From: Basidiobolus meristosporus CBS 931.73
Taxonomy: Eukaryota; Fungi; Basidiobolomycota
Direction of reading: 5' to 3'
DNA: 35,042 bases
NCBI GenBank assembly: GCA_002104905.1
Contig: MCFE01000797.1
Coordinates: forward strand, 1-35,042
Of the stretch, positions 1-8,872 are shown one piece after another (the first letter of the stretch is position 1; the number at the start of each line of letters is the position of its first letter). Both the position numbers and the translations under genes were made by a program. Below the pieces are notes generated by a model. That model was not told the origin of the DNA. It saw only the letters and a program-made list of their open reading frames with translations, and made no database searches.

Positions 1-129
1 CCTCAGTGAACTGCTCCCAGAAGGGGCCTTGACTTCAAGAGGCTTAAACAAAGGGCGCTCTACATCGTCGGCCAGAACGAGGCTTCCGGCTAGAGAGGCG
101 ATGAGAAGGAGGGATAATGGACGAGTCAT
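1..129 (-). CDS. CNX1: 5' end of a calnexin-like ER lectin chaperone gene (runs off the window); apparent 1-nt deletion at 23-26
   Basis: Manual translation from ATG at 129: MTRPLSLLLIASLAGSLVLA (signal-peptide-like), then DDVERPLFKPLEVKAP; shifting -1 at the C4 run gives FWEQFTE. ERPxFxP...KAPFxEQFT is the mature N-terminus of fungal calnexins as I recall it. Too short for the supplied ORF track. Confidence 0.72.
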   Translation of the reverse strand, partial: MTRPLSLLLIASLAGSLVLADDVERPLFKPLEVKAPSGSSSLR

Positions 130-367
130 AAGGAGGAAAAATGGAACTGAACAGAGAGAAGCGAATGTTGAAGTAAATAAAGGTAATGCGTGATATAAAT
201 TCCGCCTGGCCATGGCCCATAACAGTCTGGCAGCCGATGACTGGCCAAATTAGAGTGAATTGATTTTATGCGTTGTTACAGAGATCCTGAGATTTATCAC
301 CAATCAGGTACGAAGTCTCATGGAGCAATTCAATCATGTCCCAACCCACTTCTCCTGCCCATTTGGA

Positions 368-386
368 CGTGGATGCTTTGTATTGG
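368..386 (-). promoter_or_regulatory. ERSE-consensus motif CCAAT-N9-CCACG upstream of the calnexin-like gene
   Basis: Minus strand reads CCAAT ACAAAGCAT CCACG, 239-257 nt upstream of the ATG at 129. The sequence match is exact; function is inferred. Confidence 0.5.
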
Positions 387-483
387 CTATCCCCGCGTCC
401 AGCAACAAAGCCACTCAATCCCACCACAGGACCTTGGAAGTAAAGCCTGGTTACCTGCTCGCCTGTTGGATTGCTGAAGCGTT

Positions 484-511
484 GGCTGGTGGCTGGTGAC
501 TGGTGACTGGT
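484..511. repeat. 4 x 7-bp tandem repeat G(G/A)CTGGT
   Basis: ggctggt ggctggt gactggt gactggt. Confidence 0.85.
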
Positions 512-1442
512 ATTCTCCACAATTGCCAATGCAAATCCCTGCCTTGGCTTTAATCTCCAGGATTGTTTAGCAAGCCAAATCCAGTGAAATCCTCCATTCG
601 CTGAAGCTACATGGAGCGTATAGTTGGTGGATGATAATCCGGGGCACTTCATACTTATTGCAGCACGAGGTGGCCTGGAAGGAGGTATTGCAAATCAAAT
701 AGATCAAGCATTTGAGCCGAGTTCAATCTGGTCCAGTCAGATATAGTCAGGTTATGTCGCGTATTGGATTAAACATTCAGAAACAGACCGTGAAGTGGTT
801 GGACACCATGGTGAAGCAGGTGAGGGTTAGGGCTCAGCTGTGAGTAACTGTGAAATCATAAGTACAACTACGGTGCTGATACTATTCTTTCATTGCATAG
901 CACAATATTTAAATTGATCAATCATGAACTTGAATTTGCTTGGCATATGAATTCATCTCACATCATTAATTTTGGTTTGGGCAGTGTTGCCCAAAGTTTA
1001 GTTTTGGAATCATCTCAACTTGGAAGTGGCTTGGAGTGCCAGATGACTTGAATATGTAAATTTCAAAATTACACCTAAATACTTTATTAACTAAATCACT
1101 TGGATCTTAATCTATGAATCTTAGAATATCTTACCCAAATCCGCAATTAGGGTTTTCTTGGAACATTATAGCAAAATATGAAGTACTCAGGACATGAAAG
1201 TTTTTAATGGTATCCATATGATAAATTTTGTAACTACACCTACATGCTCCATTAACTTGGTTGCCTAAATCATAATCTAGGAGTCTTTGAATATCATTCT
1301 TAAACTCTCAGAATTTATTTGGAATATTTCATCCAAGCATTAAGTACTTAAGACATTAAAAGGCTCGAAGCTGCTCAAGGGGCCCTAATCTTTGCACATG
1401 CACTCTTTGAATCTTCTTATGCCTACTCTATGTACTTATTAT

Positions 1443-1728
1443 CCCTAAGAAAAAAATTTATGAAATGGTCTGCAGAATACCAGTAAAATATCAGCTGAAA
1501 TCCAACTTTCCCAAAAGTGATGACTCTTGATGTATCAGGCACTAGGATCTCAGCAGACAATTTGATATCCTTTCCAGAGGAGAATTAGGCCAACTACCAC
1601 TCATACCAAATTTGTTAATCTACTGCTCATTACTTCCACAAAAAATGCATCTGAGAATTTGAAGCAGAAACACCAGCAGAATACCAGATAAAATTCAATG
1701 AATTTCAACTTTGAGATTTCTCATAGGG
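1443..1728. mobile_element. Possible short non-autonomous CMC/CACTA derivative, or an isolated terminus
   Basis: Right end TTTCTCATAGGG (1717-1728) equals the right end of the complete element at 26455. Candidate left end CCCTAAGAAAAAAATTT at 1443. Internal direct repeat GCAGAATACCAG...CAACTTT near 1472 and 1677. No matching TSD (TAT vs CTA). Confidence 0.35.
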
Positions 1729-1850
1729 CTATGCTAATACCATATCAGGTAGAGACGCCACTTTTACATCAACAAATCCTAATGTGAGTACTGTTGCAGG
1801 ACTATGGGGAGTACTGCAAGTATGTATAGGAGCTAGAAGAATTGCATGAT

Positions 1851-2658
1851 CCCTATAAAAAGTAATTTAGTTCTGCAGGTGGATCCTGTCCAGATCAGCC
1901 ATCAAGCAAGGTCCAATATTCTGTGCACACTAAGCAAGATGGAGTAGAGAAGAGATGTATTAGTGGCAGAGATATACATTTTCAGCTTTATGCCTGTAGA
2001 ATAGCTGCTCAAATCAATCATAAACTCCTACATAAAAGCTGTAAATGCATTAAGTTGGCATTTGTGATCTGCATCTGGATAAATATCCCTACAATGTCAA
2101 CATATGACTCCCAGTGCTTCAAATGTACTCAGGGTAAAAGTTGCTTCAGAAGGCCACTTGACTAAATACATATCCAGTTCATCCAGTCCTTACATTTGTA
2201 TTGTTACATATATGTATAAATGTGGATTGGAGCTTGTGAGAAATACTTTGGCTATTGGATATGCTGTAATATCTTGCCAACTCCTTCAAATTTCTCTGTT
2301 ATATCAAGGATTTCATTCAACTTAAAATGCTCCATGTACAACTTGGTCATCAATATAGGGTTATTGCTGAAGAGCAAATGCATTGCTCCCAGTGGAAAGC
2401 ATTTGTTCCAGCAGATTCCCTCTATTTTAAGTATCTCTGGTTTTTGATAATATTCCATATTTTGGCCAGCTTATAGCTTGCCAGCTTTACTGCATTACAT
2501 GCTGACTTCTGTACATTCTCACTGTGGGAAGATAATGTTCTTGGTATTAGTGTTTAGATAATAGTATTGTGTGTGAGTTATGGAGTAAATCTCCTGAATC
2601 TCACACACTTAACAGCAATACTATCCATTGTGTCCAGAAAAGCCAGCTATCTTGTGGA
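1851..2658 (-). mobile_element. CMC/CACTA fragment C0: right terminus plus internally deleted transposase remnant
   Basis: CCCTATAAAAAGTAATT...GCCATCAAG at 1851 matches the reverse complement of 26399-26455. About 1905-2650 aligns by eye with transposase region ~24517-25270 (e.g. KPEILKIEG..W.K.FPLGAMHLLF in ORFs 2252-2458 and 24565-25233). Confidence 0.85.
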
Positions 2659-3166
2659 CCCTATGAAAAATAATTGTGATGATCCTGTCAAAAGACCATC
2701 ACAGAGTTTAAATTCTGTGACTAGGAGGTATTGGTGCCATTAGGACACTGTACAAAGACCATTTAGAAAAAATTGCACCCCTGATATCTCAAAAAACCTA
2801 GTCAAGAAGTTTCATCACAACAATACATGGGTGGCTTTTGATTGGTTCACCACTAACTGTCACACTTTCTGATCCCAGACCCTTAACCACCTACATATTC
2901 ATGTACATTGATTGGCTATTACCTCTTTTTTGCACTTCTTACTTCCTGAATAAAATGATGTTCTTACTTCTCATGCATACAAATTTGCTTATTTCCTTTC
3001 AATCTTCAGTAGTATCTCAATCTCAAATGTATTAACCTATATAGGCCCTATACCCAGCACTGACTTTAAGCCCATCCTCACACTCAACAAGTGGCTCCAT
3101 TAAAATCTACCATTCAATAAGTATATCTGCCAAAAAACCCTTTTTGGTTGGAACCCCACAGCTTTA

Positions 3167-3516
3167 TGTTGTAAGAGTCTTGGAGATATTGGAAGTGATT
3201 GGGAGAACAAGTAGATTATGTGGTTTTCACTTAATGATTTATTGAATGTAAAAGTAGTATTTATACTTTTACCTGGTCTTGGCATTACAAACACGTAGAA
3301 TAGGTTAAGGAAGGTCCCAAGAACATGTGTGCAAAGTTTGGGGCTGTTTGGACAACTTTGAGAATTTTCATGTTCTGGGTACCTGGCATTTTGGTGAAAA
3401 ATATTCTAAGTAAATCCCGACAAGGAATTTGGTCAGTATTCTCTAGGATTTGAAGGTGATGATCTAAGTGACTAAGTTAGGTGAATATTTAGGTGGAATT
3501 ACGAATTTTTACAACA
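3167..3516 (-). repeat. 3' LTR of copia A
   Basis: Direct repeat of 7504-7853; preceded on the sense strand by purine tract GAGTGGGAG (3517-3525). Confidence 0.97.
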
Positions 3517-3527
3517 CTCCCACTCAG

Positions 3528-6500
3528 CTAAATGTTCATACTGACTAGTCCTAATTTTGACCTAAGATATTCAAACTTGTCTCTAGCTAATGGTTTGGTA
3601 AATATGTCTGCAATCATTTCATCTGTAGGACAGTAAACTAAGCTAACTAAGTTATTCTCTATAGCTTCACGTATGAAATGATGTCTAATATCTATGTGCT
3701 TGGTTCTAGCATGAAAAGTTGGATTTCTACCTAATTGTATACATCCTTGATTATCTTGAAATAAAGTAATAGGCGTTTTTTGACATAGGCCTAAATCTGT
3801 TAAGAGTTTTCTTAACCACATTGCTTCTTTTGTAGCTTCACAGGCTGCCATATACTCTGCCTCTGTGGTGGAAAGTGCTACGGTTGGTTGCTTTCTTGAA
3901 TTCCATGAAATTGCTCCTTTACAATAAAGAAAGGTGTATCCTGTGGTGGATCTTCTGTCTTCCAAATTTCGTCCCCAATCTGCATCAGAGTATCCCACAA
4001 GATCTTGTTCTGAGTCCTTATAAGTGTATCTTAAGCAAATATCAGCAGTTCCTTTTAGGTATCTGAAAATCCGCTTAACTGCTGCAATATGATCAGATCC
4101 ATAGTTCTGATTATGTTGGCTGACAACTCCCACTGAATATGAGATATCTGGACGTGTTCCAAGCATGATATACATCAGACTGCCGACCATAGATTGATAA
4201 GGAAAGTCAGGGCTTTCAGATGGCACCAAGCTCTCTTGATTTGGTTGAGTTTTGACCAAGTTAAGGTTTGTCTCCATTGGGGTAGCTGCCGGTTTACAGT
4301 CTTCCATTTTGTACTTCTTTAGTATATCTTGAATATACTTGGATTGGCTGAGGGTAATAGTCTGGGTACTTCTGTCTATGGAGAACTTAATCCCTAAGTA
4401 GTAACTAAGTTCTCCTAGATCGGACATCTTGAACTCCTTAGATAGGCTGGATTTAGTCTCTTCCAATGTTTCTAGGTTATTGGCGGCTATAATAAGATCA
4501 TCCACATATAGAGCTAATAGAGCTGGATTTGCTCTATCTGGCTTATAGTATATACTATAGTCAGCATTACTCCTTTTGAAACTCAAAGATTCCAAATAAG
4601 AATCTATCTTGCAATTCCAGGCTCTTGGTGACTGTTTGAGACCATATAGTGACTTTTTGAGCTTGCAGACCAAGTGGGGTTTATTTTGGTCAACAAACCC
4701 ATCAGGCTGGTCCATATACACGTCCTCATCAAGTTCTCCATTCAAAAATGCAGTTTTTACATCCATTTGATGAATAAAAAACTTATATTTGGCTGCAATA
4801 GCCGATATTAATCTGATGGAATTAAACTTGGCTACCGGTGCAAAGGTCTCAGTATAGTCAAGTCCTTTTGTTTGAGAGTATCCTTTGGCTACAAGTCTTG
4901 CTTTGTATCTTACAATTGTGCCATCAGCCTTGTATTTTGTCTTGAAGACCCATCTGCATCCAATTGATTTTCGGTTGATCGGTAATTTGACTAAGTCCCA
5001 AGTTTGATTTTCCATCAGGGCCTGATATTCCTCAGTCATTGCAGATCTCCAAAACTTTGTCTGAGAGCTATTTAGGGCCTCTTTTACAGTCTGGGGTTCA
5101 TCAATATGGACTGAATAGGCATAGGCTAAGTTTGTACCCTCATTGATATAGTAATTTGGGCTATTTCTTGTCCGATTTGATCTCCGGGCATTTGATACTG
5201 GAATGATCACTTCTGGGATATTCCTGGGCACTGATTCTGGCTGAACCACGGTTGTAGAGTCCTCTGGAGTGAAAAAATTTTCATTGTTTTGCTCTGATTC
5301 AATCCTGACAATTGGTGGACTTGAGATCAAATATTCATCATCATCTGATGTCATTTTTTGTGAAAATTTTGAATTTTCATCAAACAACACATCCCTGGAC
5401 TTGATCAGCTTCTTTGCTTTGGTATTGTAGAGTCTGTATGCCTTACTCTCATTGCAGTAGCCCAAAAATATGCATTTAACACTTTTTGGCTCAAATTTTG
5501 ACTGATTTCCGGCCAGTTTTTTGGCATATGCTGTGCACCCAAATATTCTTAGATGTTCTGCACTTGGTCTGTATCCATACCATGCTTCAAATGGAGTAGA
5601 ACCCAGAAGTATTCTGTTATAACTCCTATTTTTAAGGTATACAGCAGTAGCAACTGATTCCGCCCAAAAATCATAGGATAATTTGTGATCATGGATCATA
5701 GATCTTGCCATATCAATTATTGATCTGTTAGCTTGTTCTGCTACTCCATTTTGCTGTGGGGAGTATGGTACAGTAGTCTCTTGCTTTATCCCATGAATTT
5801 TGCAGAAGTGGATGAAGAGTTTTGAGGTATATTCTCCACCATTGTCAGAGCGTATTTTCTTGATTTTTTCACCAGTTTCTCTCTCCACCATGGCTTTAAA
5901 CTCCCTGAACTTAGACAGAGCTTCTTCCTTTCTCTCCATGAAGTAGACCCATGTGTATCTTGTATAATCATCAATAAAAGTGATTAAATACTTCATCCCG
6001 CCTAAGGATAAATTTTGCATAGGTCCACACAGATCTGAGTGAATTAGATCTAATTTTTTCTTAGTTTTGATTAACCCAGAGCTCTTGAACGGTTGTCTGG
6101 CTTGTTTCCCATACATGCAGGCTTCACAGTGCTCCAAATTAGCTGGGGGATCAATTTTTACACCAGAAATTAGCTGATCTTTGATCATTTTGCGCAAATA
6201 ATCAAAATTGATGTGCCCAAATCTCCTGTGCCAAAGCATTGGTGTTTCTTCATTTAAGTTACTTATATTGGCTTCCAGATATGATGGAATATAAGTCAAC
6301 TTGTATAGATTCTGATCTCTGATGCCCAAAGCAACATGAGCACCATTTTGATCAGTGATCCTGCATCCAGAATTGTCAAAACTGAAACTGAGTCCTTCTG
6401 CTGTGGCCTTGCTTACAGAGAATAGGTTCTTGGCTATTTCTGGTACATAGAGTACTTCTTTAAAGGTCAGTGTATGGCTTCCTTCACTGCTTCTAAGGTT

Positions 6501-7499
6501 TACTTGGATAGTTCCTTCTCCCACTGCATCAAGTGTTCTATCATCACCCATGAAAACCTTCTTAATTGGAATTTCTTGATATTGGGTAAAAAGTTCTTTT
6601 TGGTGTGTAAAGTGTTGAGAAGCTCCAGAGTCAATATACCACGTCTGAGAATCCTTGTTTGTGGTCATATTTAGTGCAGATATGAATAGTCTATCTTCAG
6701 TTGTTGCAGCATTTCCATATTCAGGCTTCTTTTGCTGATAATCTCTCTTTTTGAAACACCGGTCTGATGTGTGTCCTTTCCTTTTGCAGTAGTTGCAAAA
6801 TAGGTTGCTGTTGCCTTTGTAGGGTCTTGGGTACCTCCTTTGTTGGTTCTCATTGCTTATTAAAGCATTTTCTTCTTCCTTCTTATTGGCGCTTGATTTT
6901 CTTAATTCTTCATCCAGGAGCCTTCCATATACGTAATTTAAGGTCAAATCTTCAGTTCTGGACTCTAGGGCAGATACAAGGCCCTGAAACTCGTCTGTCA
7001 GGCTATTCAGGATGGTAACTATCACATCCTCATCAGTAGTTGGTACGCCCACAGATTCCATCTCATCTACCAGCAGGGTAATTCTGTTAATTAGATTTTT
7101 CATTTCTTCTCCTGGCAGCATCTTTGTAGTAAAGAATTTTCTTCTCAGATACATTTTCTTGGCAGCTGAACATGACTGGTAGGTGTCTTCTAATGCTTTC
7201 CAGGCATTCTTTGCTGTTTTTGCTCTTGAGCATTGAATTAGCAATTTGTCCTTGACATTAAGGCAAATGCAGTTAAAGGCACTTTGTTCTTTCTTCTGGT
7301 ACTTTAAGGCTTCCTCTCCCACGTTTTTAGGAGGGCATTCTTCTCCCATGACAATATCCCAAAGGCCTCTCTCTTGTAGCAGCATCTTCATCTTCACCTT
7401 CCACACTTGGTAGTTAGATCCATCCAACTTTTCAGCAGAGGGAAAAATTCCAGTAATAGCAGTAGTATATATTGCAGAGAGTGACAGCTTGGGGCTCAT
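3528..7499 (-). CDS. Copia gag-PR-IN-RT-RH polyprotein (frame open to 7631; likely start at 7499)
   Basis: KLDGSNYQVW (gag N-term), CNYCKRKGHTSDRC (zinc knuckle), WYIDSGASQH (protease), WHRRFGH...CEAC, HSDLCGP / RSDNGGEY / NGVAE (integrase), QMDVKTAFLNG / LYVDDL (RT), GYSDADWG / EAEY / QDNQ (RNase H). Copia domain order, no stops. Confidence 0.96.
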   Translation of the reverse strand: MSPKLSLSAIYTTAITGIFPSAEKLDGSNYQVWKVKMKMLLQERGLWDIVMGEECPPKNVGEEALKYQKKEQSAFNCICLNVKDKLLIQCSRAKTAKNAWKALEDTYQSCSAAKKMYLRRKFFTTKMLPGEEMKNLINRITLLVDEMESVGVPTTDEDVIVTILNSLTDEFQGLVSALESRTEDLTLNYVYGRLLDEELRKSSANKKEEENALISNENQQRRYPRPYKGNSNLFCNYCKRKGHTSDRCFKKRDYQQKKPEYGNAATTEDRLFISALNMTTNKDSQTWYIDSGASQHFTHQKELFTQYQEIPIKKVFMGDDRTLDAVGEGTIQVNLRSSEGSHTLTFKEVLYVPEIAKNLFSVSKATAEGLSFSFDNSGCRITDQNGAHVALGIRDQNLYKLTYIPSYLEANISNLNEETPMLWHRRFGHINFDYLRKMIKDQLISGVKIDPPANLEHCEACMYGKQARQPFKSSGLIKTKKKLDLIHSDLCGPMQNLSLGGMKYLITFIDDYTRYTWVYFMERKEEALSKFREFKAMVERETGEKIKKIRSDNGGEYTSKLFIHFCKIHGIKQETTVPYSPQQNGVAEQANRSIIDMARSMIHDHKLSYDFWAESVATAVYLKNRSYNRILLGSTPFEAWYGYRPSAEHLRIFGCTAYAKKLAGNQSKFEPKSVKCIFLGYCNESKAYRLYNTKAKKLIKSRDVLFDENSKFSQKMTSDDDEYLISSPPIVRIESEQNNENFFTPEDSTTVVQPESVPRNIPEVIIPVSNARRSNRTRNSPNYYINEGTNLAYAYSVHIDEPQTVKEALNSSQTKFWRSAMTEEYQALMENQTWDLVKLPINRKSIGCRWVFKTKYKADGTIVRYKARLVAKGYSQTKGLDYTETFAPVAKFNSIRLISAIAAKYKFFIHQMDVKTAFLNGELDEDVYMDQPDGFVDQNKPHLVCKLKKSLYGLKQSPRAWNCKIDSYLESLSFKRSNADYSIYYKPDRANPALLALYVDDLIIAANNLETLEETKSSLSKEFKMSDLGELSYYLGIKFSIDRSTQTITLSQSKYIQDILKKYKMEDCKPAATPMETNLNLVKTQPNQESLVPSESPDFPYQSMVGSLMYIMLGTRPDISYSVGVVSQHNQNYGSDHIAAVKRIFRYLKGTADICLRYTYKDSEQDLVGYSDADWGRNLEDRRSTTGYTFLYCKGAISWNSRKQPTVALSTTEAEYMAACEATKEAMWLRKLLTDLGLCQKTPITLFQDNQGCIQLGRNPTFHARTKHIDIRHHFIREAIENNLVSLVYCPTDEMIADIFTKPLARDKFEYLRSKLGLVSMNI

Positions 7500-7503
7500 A
7501 ACC
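7492..7503 (-). other. Primer-binding site GGTTATGAGCCC (tRNA-iMet anticodon stem-loop, half-tRNA type)
   Basis: Immediately 3' of the 5' LTR; complementary to GGGCUCAUAACC of initiator tRNA-Met, as in Ty5 and similar to Drosophila copia. Confidence 0.9.
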
Positions 7504-7853
7504 TGTTGTAAGAGTCTTGGAGATATTGGAAGTGATTGGGAGAACAAGTAGATTATGTGGTTTTCACATAATGATTTATTGAATGTAAAAGTAGTATTTA
7601 TACTTTTACCTGGTCTTGGCATTACAAACATGTAGAATAGGTTAAGGAAGGTCCCAAGAACATGTGTGCAAAGTTTGGGGCTGTTTGGACAACTTTGAGA
7701 ATTTTCATGTTCTGGGTACCTGGCATTTTGGTGAAAAATATTCTAAGTAAATCCCGACAAGGAATTTGGTCAGTATTCTCTAGGATTTGAAGGTGATGAT
7801 CTAAGTGACTAAGTTAGGTGAATATTTAGGTGGAAATACAAATTTTTACAACA
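7504..7853 (-). repeat. 5' LTR of copia A (TATAAATA at 7595-7602, AATAAA at 7575-7580)
   Basis: Direct repeat of 3167-3516; followed by the PBS. Confidence 0.97.
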
Positions 7854-8872
7854 CTTTATGCTATTGTTCATTCACTGGTCCCCACATGTCCTGGTCTTCA
7901 GCTGGCACTGCAAGGTCTAGCACATCATCTGCCAGTCTCTGCAATAAATCCTTGCATTATTCAAGTGTGTTTTCTTGAGCACTGCTCTTGAAGAAGTGCT
8001 GCACCTTTTGCTGTGCCTGTTAATTCCCCAAAACTCCACTGTAGACATTGTAATAGTCTTTAAATATCTTGGTGTTGTTGCTTTGTTTATTAGTGGGATC
8101 TCCTCTCTGTCTACAATGGAGGACATGGAGGCAGTGGTAGACAAATTTCTTTTCTCTGCAAGCTCATCTACCTCACTGGAGTGTAGCTCAACTGGCTGCA
8201 CTTCCAACCCTGGACAAAATAGCTTTTGTATTGTTAGTAATTCTTCTTAGCTATGATGGGATATGGCCTGTTATGGGCTTGAGGGATTAATAGGCAAGAA
8301 CTGCACCTTTTTTCTCACATGTCCTGTCTGTGGCTTGGGCAGACTTTTATAGACACTCTTCCAGCTACTTTGATGCTTTGTTGATGCTTGTTTAAAGCTT
8401 TGGCCCTGCCCCTATGAAACATTATTGTGATGATCCCATTAAAAGGCCATCACAAAGTTAAATTCTGTGACTAAGAGGTACTGATCCCATCAGGACACCA
8501 TCTAGAGACAGTTAAAAATGTAGTAGAAAATTTGTAATTCCACCTATATATTCACCTAAGTTGGTCACTTAGACCATCACCTTCAAATCCCAAAGAATAC
8601 TGACCAAATTCCTTGTCAGGATTTACTTAGAATATTTTCACCAAAATACTAGGTACTCAAAACATGACAATTCTAAAAGTTGTTCAAACAGCCCCAAACT
8701 TTGTACACATGCTCTTGGGACCTTCCTTAGCCTATTCTATGTGTTTGCTATGCCAAGATCATGTAAAAGTATAAATACTACTTTTACATTCAATAAATCA
8801 TTAAGTGAAAGCCACATAAACTACTTGTCCTCCCAATCACTTCCAATATCTCCAAGACTCTTACAACAGGTT

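Larger units (their letters stand above)
3167..7853 (-). mobile_element. Full-length Ty1/copia LTR retrotransposon, family A (copy A), young
   Basis: 350-bp LTRs 3167-3516 and 7504-7853 with 4 differences; TGTTGTAA...TTACAACA ends; TSD CTTTA (3162-3166, 7854-7858); PBS and PPT present; single uninterrupted gag-pol ORF. Confidence 0.98.
2659..8409 (+). mobile_element. CMC/CACTA copy C1, left arm (interrupted by copia A and by copy C2; probably resumes at 26459-26684)
   Basis: Left terminus CCCTATGAAAAATAATT at 2659. 2659-3166 plus 7859-8370 are colinear with C2 8410-8518 plus 20342-21290. ORF 7917-8207 is homologous to ORF 20838-21383. Confidence 0.8.

Noticed and set aside
824-832. GGGTTAGGG telomere-like unit
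   Set aside because: Single unit, expected by chance.
260-840. Short ORFs on both strands upstream of calnexin
   Set aside because: No recognisable motifs in any frame; more simply promoter or intergenic DNA.
977-994. Hairpin TTGGGCA-GTGT-TGCCCAA as a Helitron 3' end
   Set aside because: No CTRR terminus follows on either strand, and there is no other Helitron evidence.
2659-3166. Coding potential in the repeated CACTA left arm
   Set aside because: All four copies have stops in the frames I translated, including a shared one in the best + frame, and there is no obvious third-position bias.
7500-7631. 44-codon LTR-encoded N-terminal extension of copia A gag (also ORFs at 3100-3294, 8741 and 20199)
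   Set aside because: Its ATGs lie upstream of the LTR TATA box, and the same frame appears in every LTR copy simply because it is LTR sequence; probably not transcribed.
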